NCBI GenBank assembly: GCA_965219995.1
Contig: CBDCOX010000002.1
Span: 4,832,001-4,896,000 of the forward strand
Length of the DNA: 64,000 bases
Source of the DNA: Candidatus Latescibacterota bacterium
GTDB lineage: Bacteria > Latescibacterota > UBA2968 > GCA-2709665
Reading direction: 5' to 3'
Of the stretch, positions 49,033-58,812 are shown piece after piece; position 1 is the stretch's first letter; each line of letters starts with the position of its first letter. The notes below the pieces were generated by a model, which made no database searches, was not told the DNA's origin, and saw nothing but the letters and a program-made list of their open reading frames with translations. A program made the position numbers and the translations under genes.

Positions 49033-51291
49033 TCAGTTCGACTTCGGCGCCTTGCTTTCCGGCGTCTTTACCGGTTTATCGCGACCGGCCCTCCGTTCCG
49101 CGTTGATCTTGTGGATCAGCCAGCCGTATTGCTGCAGGACGGGATCGTCCGATTGTTTGACTTTTGAAAGTTCGAGATACTTGTTCAGATACATCGCGCC
49201 TCTTGCCACAAGACCCACCCGAACCATGCCCACATAGGCGCCGGCCGACAGCCCGGAATCGGCAAGTCTGCGAAGTTCCTTCTTTGCGTCCGCCAGCCTG
49301 CCCTGTGCGAGATAAACCTCTCGTAACAGCAGTCGTCCCAGCGCAAACTCCGGTTTTGCTCTCAGGCTGCGCTCGAAAGCCCTTTCTGCCTCCTTCCAGT
49401 CTTTGCGGCGGAAGGCGTCCACGCCGTCGATGACGTATTTGTCCGGGAGCGCCGGATCCGTCCGGATGTCCGCCTTCCACCGATCGAGCAGTTCCTGCAC
49501 GTTCGCGCCGGTACGCCGGTATACGACAACACGGGGATGGTCGAATCCCGTGACTGTGGGTTCGGCGTCGGCTTCGGAATAGGTGAACCCCAGGATTTCG
49601 GGGGAGATCTTGAACTGTGCGGCCCGTTCGAAACCCAGGGCCTGTTCGGCCAGGCGGCGGTAGTAAGTGTGGGCGACCGGGAATCGCTGCGGCACGTTCC
49701 TGAACGGTATCGTCCGGTTTTCTTCGATCACGACGATCCAGTCGACGCCGGCCAGCCGGTTCTCAATGAATTCGACGTGCGCCTCGTAAGCCAGGTTGCC
49801 GTCGGCGGACAGAAACCAGGCGGCCTCGTCGAGCTTGCGCTTGTACAAGTCTCTCGGCGCCATCCAGGACGTTGGGTACCCGCCCCTCTCGGTCAGCACA
49901 CCGGCCCCTTTCGGGATATTCCTCTCAATCCATCCTGCCGCCTCGAACCGGCTGCTGGAACGGTAGACGCGCGCCGTCGCGATGCCGTAGGCGGCCGTGG
50001 GAATCACCACCAGCGCCACGGGCAGGGAATAAACCCAGACCTGGTTCCAGTGCCGGCGCATCCAAACGGCTGCCTCCATGCATGCCCATGCGCCCATCAC
50101 GGCCATAATGGGTTGCATTGGTACGGTATACCGAAGGGGTTTTGTATGGAGTCCGCCCACCATATAGAAGTACGGCCCAAGCCAGGCCAGCAGTACCCAC
50201 CATCCTCTCTGCCGCTTCCATAACGCCAGTGCGATCCCGCACAGGGCCGCAATTTCCAGGGGCGTTCCCAGCGCATACCGGAACAGGTGGGTGATGAAAA
50301 ACAGATAAGGCGTAGTGGCGTAATCGTAGAGCGCCCAGATGCGGACCGTCTCGCCTTTCGCGATCTTCAGGCTGGGCAGGAAATTCCTCATGTCTTTCGA
50401 ACTGAAGAACTCGCCGGGCTTGAGCAAGAGGGGTTCGCAGGCCACCGCAACCGCAACCACGACCGCGGCGCAACACAGCGTTCGCGGCGTAAACGCCCGT
50501 TTCAGACGGTCCCGGACGAATAAGACCCCGGCTGCCATCCAATGCGGTCTCCGTTTCCGCTTCCCACGTTGATCTACCCCGGTCTCCAACGGCGCCTGCG
50601 CGGGCCATACGTGCGCCAGCAGAAACGGCAGGCATAGCATGCCCGCCATCAGCCGTGTGCCCGCCGCCGTGCCGCAGACCAGCCCGCACACCAGGTAGGG
50701 TCGGGTACGGTCGGACGGCAGTTTCAGGATCAGATAGACGCCGAGGGTCGTCCAGAACGCGAGGGACACGTCCACGGTATAGAAATGGCACTGCTGGATG
50801 TGCCCGGCGCAGAACGCCAGAAAGGCCGCGCCAAGCACGCCCGTCCAGATGCCCGCCAGATGGCGGCCGATGGCAAATACGACCCACACCGTCAGGACGC
50901 CCAGCGCCGCGGAGATTCCCCGACCCATGAGGTGTGTGAATTTCATGGACCGGTTGTCGTCTTTGACGAACGGTTGAATTCCGACGACGAAGCCAGCGCC
51001 GTTGGCGAGGGTCCACAGGACGTAGGCAGGGCCCTTGGCATAGGCCGTCACGGCCCTCGTCACTTCCACGCCCACCAGTCCGGCACTCTCCACAACCGTG
51101 CGTTCATCGGGATGGAAGGCGTGAAACCTGCCGGTTTCCGGATCGGTTCCCCAGCCTATCCCGTAGAACCGGAGCGCTGCCGATGCAACCAGGATCAAAA
51201 TAAGAAGGCCGTACGCGCCCCGATTTTCTTTGATCGCGGAAATAGTGTCGATACAAACCTCGGACCTATCGATATCTGCGAAGGATTTCAA
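49033..51291 (-). CDS. GT-C (ArnT/PMT-like) membrane glycosyltransferase with C-terminal TPR-like region
   Basis: LRFYGI.WG...HPDE, HFYTVD, many TM helices; TPR-like tail. Confidence 0.82.
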   Translation of the reverse strand: MKSFADIDRSEVCIDTISAIKENRGAYGLLILILVASAALRFYGIGWGTDPETGRFHAFHPDERTVVESAGLVGVEVTRAVTAYAKGPAYVLWTLANGAGFVVGIQPFVKDDNRSMKFTHLMGRGISAALGVLTVWVVFAIGRHLAGIWTGVLGAAFLAFCAGHIQQCHFYTVDVSLAFWTTLGVYLILKLPSDRTRPYLVCGLVCGTAAGTRLMAGMLCLPFLLAHVWPAQAPLETGVDQRGKRKRRPHWMAAGVLFVRDRLKRAFTPRTLCCAAVVVAVAVACEPLLLKPGEFFSSKDMRNFLPSLKIAKGETVRIWALYDYATTPYLFFITHLFRYALGTPLEIAALCGIALALWKRQRGWWVLLAWLGPYFYMVGGLHTKPLRYTVPMQPIMAVMGAWACMEAAVWMRRHWNQVWVYSLPVALVVIPTAAYGIATARVYRSSSRFEAAGWIERNIPKGAGVLTERGGYPTSWMAPRDLYKRKLDEAAWFLSADGNLAYEAHVEFIENRLAGVDWIVVIEENRTIPFRNVPQRFPVAHTYYRRLAEQALGFERAAQFKISPEILGFTYSEADAEPTVTGFDHPRVVVYRRTGANVQELLDRWKADIRTDPALPDKYVIDGVDAFRRKDWKEAERAFERSLRAKPEFALGRLLLREVYLAQGRLADAKKELRRLADSGLSAGAYVGMVRVGLVARGAMYLNKYLELSKVKQSDDPVLQQYGWLIHKINAERRAGRDKPVKTPESKAPKSN

Positions 51292-52009
51292 TCATCCCGA
51301 AAATCGCGATGACGAAGTCGCGAACCCTGATTTTCGATCCCGCCGCGTCCCGCCATTCCGAAAGGGGGATTTCGTACACGATGTCCCGAACCTGCGGTCG
51401 CTGCGTACCCGTTCTGGCGCGCATCAGCCTGGCGATGATTTCGACGTCGAAAATCCATCGGGTGGCGAAGGGTTCCCGAAACAGCGCGGGCAGCCCCGGC
51501 GTTGCCCGGAACAGTTTCGCCCCGCATTGCGTGTCATAGATGTCTACGCGAAGGAACACGGAGGCGGCAATCGCGAACAGCCGGCTCAGGGAGTGCCTCA
51601 ACCGGTTGCGCATGATTGCCCGTCCCAGAAGGCGCACCCGCGCGCCGAAGGCCATCTCGATCTCCGGCCTGTCGTCAAGGACGGCGCGGAATTCCCGGAT
51701 GGCTTCCAGCGGCGTGGCGAGGTCCGCGTCCCAGAACCCCACGTAGTCCGGGTCGGATTCGAATGCCTTGAGGAATCCCTGCCGTACCGCCTCGCCCTTG
51801 CCTGAGTTCTCCGTAAGGGTATGTACGTCGAATGAATCGATGTCCGAGTCCCGCAGGGATCGAAGGGCCTCGGCAGTGGCGTCAGTGCTGCCGTCGTCGA
51901 CGAACAGGAACCTGATGCCGGGCGTCCTTCTGACGAATCCACGAAACGACTCAACGGGAAGGCGGCCTGCTTCGTTATAACACGGGACGACGATTATCGT
52001 TTCCGACAT
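51266..52009 (-). CDS. GT2 glycosyltransferase (polyprenol-phosphate glycosyltransferase-like)
   Basis: PCYNE, VDDGSTD, GKGEAV, DADLA, DTQCGAK and FDVE motifs. Confidence 0.92.
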   Translation of the reverse strand: MSETIIVVPCYNEAGRLPVESFRGFVRRTPGIRFLFVDDGSTDATAEALRSLRDSDIDSFDVHTLTENSGKGEAVRQGFLKAFESDPDYVGFWDADLATPLEAIREFRAVLDDRPEIEMAFGARVRLLGRAIMRNRLRHSLSRLFAIAASVFLRVDIYDTQCGAKLFRATPGLPALFREPFATRWIFDVEIIARLMRARTGTQRPQVRDIVYEIPLSEWRDAAGSKIRVRDFVIAIFGMIEILRRYR

Positions 52010-52231
52010 GCGAATTGACTCGCGGCGACGTCATGTGAGGCGGTAACGGCGCGGTGGATTTCGAGGAATATAGCGTATGCCGTTTCGTGTGTCAACGCAA
52101 TCACCGGGCGCGAAAGCCCGTCGGGAAATGCCCGCGCACGCGTTTCCCCGAATACGATTCGGTCTGCCCGGCGTTGCATTGGCAGGCTGGTCGCGCCGCG
52201 TCCGGAATGGTTTCGAGACAACCTGCCGTGC

Positions 52232-52260
52232 TTGACAAAGGAGGGCATAGGCCGTAGATT
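52232..52260 (+). promoter_or_regulatory. sigma70-type promoter upstream of the larA homologue
   Basis: TTGACA-17 nt-TAGATT. Confidence 0.6.
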
Positions 52261-52319
52261 TCGCTGGCGACGGGAGGCGCCGGGTTCCGGACGCGGCGCC
52301 GTCGAAATCGGAGACCTTC

Positions 52320-53603
52320 ATGCTCAGCGATGAACATCGGGTCGAGGTCGCGTTCGGGCGCGGCAGCGTGAGCATCAATGCGGACCCAGACCTGGCGGAA
52401 TGGGAGGTGATTCGCCCTTCCATCGGGGAGGCGATTCCGGATCCGCAACCTCGTTTTCGGGAAGCGATCGAGAATCCGTTCGCCTCGGACCCTCTCGGCG
52501 AACTGGTTTCGCCCGGGGACAACGTGGTCATCGTGACGTCCGACGGCACCCGCCCCGTGCCCAACCGGCAGTTGATTCCCTGGATTCTGGAGGCCCTGCC
52601 GGTGCCCGGGGACCAGGTCACGGTGTTGCTGGGAAACGGGACGCATCGGGCAAATTCGGATGCGGAAATCGCCGGGATGTTCGGCAGCGCTGTGGCCAGC
52701 CGGCTGAGGATCCGGAATCATGACGCGTACGACCGATCGAACAACGTACACCTGGGAAGGTCCGCGTGTGGTACGGACGTATGGCTGGACAGGGCGTACG
52801 TGGAGGCGGACAAGCGGATTGTGTTGGGATTCATCGAGCCCCATTTCTTCGCCGGTTTTTCGGGTGGACCGAAGGGCGTCGCGCCGGGCGTGGCGGGCAT
52901 CGAGACGATCTATCGGCTGCATCGGTCCGACCTGATCGCGAATCCCATGAGTACCTGGGGGGTGCTCGACGGGAACCCCCTTCAACAGGAGGTCCGCGAA
53001 GCCGTTGCGCTCTGTCCGCCGGACTTTCTTGTCAACGTGACATTGAACGGGGAAAAAGCGATTTCGGGGTATTACGTCGGCGACTACCTGGAAGCCCATC
53101 GACGGGGGTGCGACGCCGCGAGGTCGGCCTCGATGGCGCCGGTCGACAGGCCGTTCCACGTCGCGCTGACGTCGAACAGCGGATACCCGCTGGACCAGAA
53201 CCTCTATCAGGCCGTCAAGGGCATGTCTGCGGCGGCCCGCATCGTGGAGGACGGCGGGACCGTGCTCGTTGCCAGCGAGTGCAGCGACGGCGTGCCGGAT
53301 CATGGAAACTTCGCCGACTTGATGCGGGCAGGAGCGGGGCCCCGGGACGTCCTGGAGGCGGTGCACGACCGGGAACCCGTTCCGGACCAGTGGCAGGCGC
53401 AGACCCTGGCCGCCATCCTCGAGCGGGTTGAAGTCGGGGTCTATTCCAGGATGGGTCGGGCCGAAATCGAGGCATGCAAGCTGGCCGCCGTGCAAGATCT
53501 GGATGCGACCCTTCGCGAAGAGATCCGGGCGGTCGGCGGCCGCGCGCGCGTGGCGGTGCTGCCGGATGGCCCGTTGACGATTCCATACCTGGCGGATCAA
53601 TAG
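52320..53603 (+). CDS. larA: nickel-pincer-dependent lactate racemase (LarA) family
   Basis: SDGTRPVP, GTHR, PHFFAGFSGGPK and PLDQNLYQAVKG motifs. Confidence 0.88.
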   Translation: MLSDEHRVEVAFGRGSVSINADPDLAEWEVIRPSIGEAIPDPQPRFREAIENPFASDPLGELVSPGDNVVIVTSDGTRPVPNRQLIPWILEALPVPGDQVTVLLGNGTHRANSDAEIAGMFGSAVASRLRIRNHDAYDRSNNVHLGRSACGTDVWLDRAYVEADKRIVLGFIEPHFFAGFSGGPKGVAPGVAGIETIYRLHRSDLIANPMSTWGVLDGNPLQQEVREAVALCPPDFLVNVTLNGEKAISGYYVGDYLEAHRRGCDAARSASMAPVDRPFHVALTSNSGYPLDQNLYQAVKGMSAAARIVEDGGTVLVASECSDGVPDHGNFADLMRAGAGPRDVLEAVHDREPVPDQWQAQTLAAILERVEVGVYSRMGRAEIEACKLAAVQDLDATLREEIRAVGGRARVAVLPDGPLTIPYLADQ

Positions 53604-53619
53604 AACCGAAGCAATCAGC

Positions 53620-54008
53620 TAAAAGCGGGTAGACGGGAGACGTAAGACGGGAGATGATATGAGTGCCATAAAGGCGGGGAGACGTAAGAGGTGAGACGGG
53701 AGATGGTCACCTCGCGTCCACTGGGTATCGATATGGCCTGGCGTCGTTAATTCATCAATTTGCGAAAGCAAGTCTCTTACAGGAATGATATTGTCGAATG
53801 TTCGTCTGCCGACAGGCGACCTGTCCGGCCGCGATGGATTAACCGCAGGCGGACCAACTCGTCTACCTTCTCACGTCTTGCGTCTCACCGCTTTTATTGC
53901 CTACTCCGTGTGGTTTCATTCCTTGCCGGAGGCATAAAGGAATAGCCAAACGGGCAATGACGTCATCTACCGTCTACCGTCTAACGTCTTGCGTCTCACC
54001 GCTTTTTA
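53620..54008. repeat. nested cluster of heptamer-arm palindromic elements (copy 3)
   Basis: Forward arms at 53620 and 53669, reverse arms ending at 53896 and 54008; core tcattccttgccggaggcataaagg at 53916. Confidence 0.75.
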
Positions 54009-54027
54009 TGATCTGGAGATGTCAATC

Positions 54028-56565
54028 ATGCCGGAACGTGTGGCAGTCGGGTTGCAGATGGCTGAATCTGCCGGCGTCGAACGTTGTAAATGGCCGGTGA
54101 CACGGGGGGTCCCGTTTCCCAGCGGCGCGGTTCAGGATCCGGCCCTGTTGGGCGTGGAAGACGCGGACGGCCGCCCGGTGTCCGCGCAGTTCCGCGTGTT
54201 GAGTCATTGGCCGGACGGGAGTCTGAAGTGGGTCCTCGCGGACTTTCAGGCGGATGTGCCGCCCGGCGGCACATCCGCCTACACTGTATGTCAGAGCGGT
54301 GAACGGGCTGACCCCGGCGAGGAGGTCCGTATTCGGGAGGACGACGAGAGACTGGTCGTGTGTACGGGTCCCCTCCGTTTCGCCGTGAACCGCAACCGGT
54401 TTTCCCTCGTGGAGGCTGCGGCGCTTGGCCGGACGGACGCGGACGGCAGGTTCGTCCCGGAAGAGGAAGTCGCAAGCTCCGGAGGTGACGCCTGGGTGCG
54501 GATCAGCGAGTCGTTTCTGGACGACGAAGGGAAACGGTATATATACGGCATGGGCGGCGACTGCCTGGCGTCGCTCGCGGAGGCCTCATACGACGTGAGC
54601 GTCGAGGAGGCCGGTCCGCTCCGGGCCGTGATCCGGTGTGAAGGCGCTTTCGAAGCCGATCTGCCGATGCACCATTACTCGGGGTATCGGCCGTTTCGAT
54701 TCGTGACCCGAATCTACGCGTACGCCGGCCGGTCCGAGTTGCGTGTGCTGCACACCGTGGTTGCGGCGTGCAACCCGAGAGAGACGGAAGTGGAGGAAAT
54801 CGGGCTGCGCGTGCCGGCCTCGCTGTCCGGCTCCGTGAATTACAGGGTTGCCGCAAGCCGGGAGATCGCGGGCGCGGCGGACGCCGGTGAATCGCTGCTG
54901 CTCTCCCAGCGGCTCCACAATCACTTTCGCCTGGAGCGGCGTCAGGGCCGGCGCACGGGAACGCTTGCCGAAGGCGACCGCACCGAGGGCTGGATCACCT
55001 GCGAAGACGGCCGGGTCGGCCTTGGCGTCGGCCTGCGCCACATGCCCGAGGAATGCCCGAAAGCGCTGGGCCTATCGGGCATCGGCGACGGCATCGACGT
55101 GTACTGCTGGAAGGATCCCGACGGGAAACGCCTCTCGCTCAAACGGTATTCGGAGGCCGTGGCGTGGGATGACGGCGAGGGGGTTTACGCGGATGGCACC
55201 GGTACGTCCAAGACAACCGAGTTCTTCGTCTGTTTCTACCGGGCATCGGAAAGCGACGGCGTCCCCGATCGTTTGAGAGGCTGGCTCGATTCGCCGCACG
55301 TGTCTGTGGATCCGGCCTCGATGGCGGCCGGCGGAGCGACGGGGGGGTTTCAGCCCCTTGACGCAGGCCGCTTCCCGAAATCCGAGCGGATGATGTCGGC
55401 CTTCCTCGACTGGCTGCAGCGGAATATCGAACTGGGCGCCTGGTACGGCTTTTTCGACTGGGGCGATGCGCTGGTGGCCTGGGACCAGGGTACCGACGAC
55501 TGGCGGTTTTACGGCCGCTGGGGGTGGTGCAACAGCGAGTGGGATCCGCGCCACGGTGTCTGGATCCAGTACATGCGGACGGGCGAGCCGCGGCATTTTC
55601 TGCTCGGTGAAGCCATGACCCGGCATTCGGTGGACGTGGATACCTGCCACTACCACCCGTTCAGACCCTATATGGTGGGCGGTTGTTTCCGCCACAGCGT
55701 GGACCACTTCGGAGACGAAAGTTGCGCGTCCCATACCTTTCTCGACGGCTGGATGGACTATTACTACCTGACGGGCGACCTGCGGACGCTGGAGGTGATT
55801 CGCGAGGCCGGCGAGTTTCTGTCGCGATACCGGTGGACGGAAGACCCTGCGTTCAGCTTCAGCCTGCGCAGTATATCGAACGCGCTGCGCGGTCTGCTTT
55901 ACGTATACGAGGTTACGGGCGACGCGCGTTTCAAGTCGCGGGCGCTGGAGGTGTACGAAGCGATTGCGCGGGGTCAGAACGACGATGGAAGCTGGCACAA
56001 ACGGTTTCAGATTTCCACCGCAAACCGGTTGTCCGACCAGAGGCCGTACGGCATGGCCACCGAGGGCACCACGCTCGCCGTGGAGTTGGGCACGGCGTCC
56101 CCGTTTACCGATGCCGAGTTTCGCAAGCTGAGAGGGGATGCGAAGTCGGTTCACAGGGTCCTGCCGGTTTCGGAACAGAAGGGCTATCAGACCCATTACC
56201 TCCTGGTGGGCCTGGAATTGCTGCACCGGCTCACCGGAAGGGAAGACGTCGAGGCGGTCTACCGCCGGGCCGTGGACTGGTTCTGCGGCTATCCCGACGC
56301 CTTGAACGCGGAAAGAGCCATCCAGGAGCGATACGGCGGCGTCCTGTGCCGGCACCTGGGCTACGCCTACCGGCTGACGGGAAACGTGAAATACCTGGAG
56401 ATCGGCCGGGCGGTTCTGCAGGTCCTGATCGAAAGCCAGGACTGGGGAGACGATCCGAAACGCCGCGGGGCGGTCGAAATGAGTCCGATGCACATCAGCC
56501 TGTTGTTCTTCGGCGTGCCCTACCTTCTCGGCGCGCTTTCGGACGCGGACCTGGGCGAAGAATAA
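54028..56565 (+). CDS. exo-rhamnogalacturonan lyase/YetA-like protein
   Basis: PVTRGVPFP.G, WPDGSLKW, WYGFFDWGD, W.NSE and RHSVDVD motifs. Confidence 0.7.
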   Translation: MPERVAVGLQMAESAGVERCKWPVTRGVPFPSGAVQDPALLGVEDADGRPVSAQFRVLSHWPDGSLKWVLADFQADVPPGGTSAYTVCQSGERADPGEEVRIREDDERLVVCTGPLRFAVNRNRFSLVEAAALGRTDADGRFVPEEEVASSGGDAWVRISESFLDDEGKRYIYGMGGDCLASLAEASYDVSVEEAGPLRAVIRCEGAFEADLPMHHYSGYRPFRFVTRIYAYAGRSELRVLHTVVAACNPRETEVEEIGLRVPASLSGSVNYRVAASREIAGAADAGESLLLSQRLHNHFRLERRQGRRTGTLAEGDRTEGWITCEDGRVGLGVGLRHMPEECPKALGLSGIGDGIDVYCWKDPDGKRLSLKRYSEAVAWDDGEGVYADGTGTSKTTEFFVCFYRASESDGVPDRLRGWLDSPHVSVDPASMAAGGATGGFQPLDAGRFPKSERMMSAFLDWLQRNIELGAWYGFFDWGDALVAWDQGTDDWRFYGRWGWCNSEWDPRHGVWIQYMRTGEPRHFLLGEAMTRHSVDVDTCHYHPFRPYMVGGCFRHSVDHFGDESCASHTFLDGWMDYYYLTGDLRTLEVIREAGEFLSRYRWTEDPAFSFSLRSISNALRGLLYVYEVTGDARFKSRALEVYEAIARGQNDDGSWHKRFQISTANRLSDQRPYGMATEGTTLAVELGTASPFTDAEFRKLRGDAKSVHRVLPVSEQKGYQTHYLLVGLELLHRLTGREDVEAVYRRAVDWFCGYPDALNAERAIQERYGGVLCRHLGYAYRLTGNVKYLEIGRAVLQVLIESQDWGDDPKRRGAVEMSPMHISLLFFGVPYLLGALSDADLGEE

Positions 56566-56592
56566 TGTTCACTATTTTTGGAGGTCGATAAG

Positions 56593-57681
56593 ATGGAAGG
56601 CAGCGGGTGTGTGCGGGTCGGCATTCTGGGCCAGGGACGCAGCGGTCGGGATATTCACGCGGAGTGGCTGGTCCGGTCGCCGGAGAAATACCGGATTGTG
56701 GCCGTGTCGGACCTGCTGCGGGACCGTCGCGACCGCGCTGTGCGTGAGTTCGAATGCGACGCGTACGCGGACTACAGGGACGTGCTGGCGCGGAATGATC
56801 TTGAACTGGTGGTCAACGCGTTGCCCAGCCATCTGCATGCGCGGACCACGGAGGAAGCGTTCGACGCGGGTCATCATGTCGTGTGTGAAAAGCCCCTGGC
56901 GCCCAGTACTGAAGACTTCCGGCGCATGGTGGCGGCGTCCGAGCGGTCGGACCGGATCTTCGCGCCGTTCCAGCAGTCGAGATACGCGCCGCATTTTCAA
57001 CAGATACAGCGGGTGATCGAATCCGGCGTCATGGGCCGCATCGTGCAGATCCGCATTGCATTCAACGGCTTCGCCCGCCGATGGGACTGGCAGACGCTGC
57101 AGGAGTTCAAAGGCGGCAACCTGCTGAATACCGGGCCCCATCCCATGGACCAGGCCCTCTGTCTCCTGGATTGGAAGATGCCGTCGGTGCACTGCATCAT
57201 GGACCGGGCGAATACGTACGGAGACGCTGAAGACCACGTGAAGGTGCTGCTGCGGCGCGAGGGATCTCCCACGATCGATCTGGAGATCTCTTCGTGCGAT
57301 CCGTACTCCGACGACATGTATCGCGTATACGGCACACGGGGCGGGCTGGCGGGCGGCGCCGGCGGGATCAGGTGGCGGTATTTCGATCCCGCGGATGCGC
57401 CCGAACAGAGGTTGCTGCGGTCCCCGCTGCCGGGGCCGAGCTATTGCCGCGAGGAACTGCCGTGGACGGAGGAGTCGTGGGCGCCGGATGAAGCGGAAAA
57501 GCAGGCGTTTACGTATATGTCCAGGGCGTTTTACGACCACATATACGACGTACTGCGCGAGGACGCGCCGTTGTTCATTACGCCGGAGCAGGTCGCGGTG
57601 CAGGTGGCGGTGATGGAAGAATGCCACCGCCAGAATCCCCTGTCCAGGCTGACGCCGGAGGGCTGGGAACAGGGAAATTGA
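56593..57681 (+). CDS. Gfo/Idh/MocA oxidoreductase
   Basis: GQGRSG, EKP and GGNLLNTGPH motifs. Confidence 0.92.
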   Translation: MEGSGCVRVGILGQGRSGRDIHAEWLVRSPEKYRIVAVSDLLRDRRDRAVREFECDAYADYRDVLARNDLELVVNALPSHLHARTTEEAFDAGHHVVCEKPLAPSTEDFRRMVAASERSDRIFAPFQQSRYAPHFQQIQRVIESGVMGRIVQIRIAFNGFARRWDWQTLQEFKGGNLLNTGPHPMDQALCLLDWKMPSVHCIMDRANTYGDAEDHVKVLLRREGSPTIDLEISSCDPYSDDMYRVYGTRGGLAGGAGGIRWRYFDPADAPEQRLLRSPLPGPSYCREELPWTEESWAPDEAEKQAFTYMSRAFYDHIYDVLREDAPLFITPEQVAVQVAVMEECHRQNPLSRLTPEGWEQGN

Positions 57682-57692
57682 AAGGAGCCGCA

Positions 57693-58793
57693 ATGGGGAA
57701 GACGGTTCGGGTTGTTCTGGTCGGTTGCGGGGGGATGGGCCGCCAGCATCTGAGCGTCATTGGAGGGCTGCCCGGCTTCGAGGTTGCGGGGATCTGCGAC
57801 GTGTTTGCCGAGACCCTCAGGGAGACCGGAGACACGCACGGCGTGCCGGCGCGTTACCTGGATTTCGAGCGGATGTACGATGAGGTGCGGCCCGATATCG
57901 TCGTGGTGGCCACCCAGACCAGGGGGCATCACGCGCCCGCCGTGGCGGCGCTGAAGCGCGGCCTGTCCGTACTCTGCGAGAAGCCGATCGCCATCGACCC
58001 CGCCGAGGCGGACGAGATGGTCGCGGCGGCAGCGGCGTCGGGCGCGCGGCTGGCCGTCAACCAGCAAAGTCACGTGAGTTCCGCGATCCTGAAGGCGCGG
58101 GAAATGGTACGCGACGGGGACATCGGAGAGGTCGTGCTGGTGCGCGGCCGGAACAAGTCCGGGCGCCGGAGCGGAAACGAGTTTACGGAAATGGGCACCC
58201 ACGTGGCCGATATGATGATGCGCTTCGGCGGCCGGCCCGTGTGGTGCGCCGGCAGCGTTTATTTTCAGGGACGCCTGGCGGACGTCAATGACATCATGGA
58301 AGCAAAGGAGATGTCGCCGAAGGACAGGGATTCCGGGCTGGTGATGGGCGATCGCGCGGTGGCTCAGTACGGATTCGAGGGGGGTGTTCTGGGGGAAATC
58401 CATTTCCTGGAATTCGCGTCTGCCAACAGCGCAAACTACGGCGTGGACGTCATCGGAACCGATGGGCAATTGTCGGTCCGTGCTTCCGGCAGCGTTGGAC
58501 AGGCGCTCTGGTGTCTGCCAAGGCCAATGGAAGGTCTGCCGGGCGGCCAGGGGGACTGGAAGCCCGTTGAGACGGTAGGATCGGAGGCCCGGGACGCCAT
58601 TGCCAGGATGTACCGCCGCCTGGCCGCGGCGATCGAGGAAGGGACGGAGCCGCCGTCGAGCGGTGAATCGGCCCGGACGGCTTTCGAGATGATTCTGGGC
58701 ATCTACCAGTCCCACAGAGAAGGCGGACGCCGGATTTCACTCCCGCTTGCGGACCGCCGGCATCCGCTGGAGGCGTGGCGGGCGGAAAACTGA
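57693..58793 (+). CDS. Gfo/Idh/MocA oxidoreductase
   Basis: GCGGMG, EKP and EMGTH motifs. Confidence 0.92.
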   Translation: MGKTVRVVLVGCGGMGRQHLSVIGGLPGFEVAGICDVFAETLRETGDTHGVPARYLDFERMYDEVRPDIVVVATQTRGHHAPAVAALKRGLSVLCEKPIAIDPAEADEMVAAAAASGARLAVNQQSHVSSAILKAREMVRDGDIGEVVLVRGRNKSGRRSGNEFTEMGTHVADMMMRFGGRPVWCAGSVYFQGRLADVNDIMEAKEMSPKDRDSGLVMGDRAVAQYGFEGGVLGEIHFLEFASANSANYGVDVIGTDGQLSVRASGSVGQALWCLPRPMEGLPGGQGDWKPVETVGSEARDAIARMYRRLAAAIEEGTEPPSSGESARTAFEMILGIYQSHREGGRRISLPLADRRHPLEAWRAEN

Positions 58794-58812
58794 GGATCGG
58801 GACGGGAAAGAC

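Noticed and set aside
53620-54008. Possible CRISPR array in the repeat clusters
   Set aside because: The repeats are degenerate, inverted and irregularly spaced, with no repeat-spacer periodicity and no cas genes.
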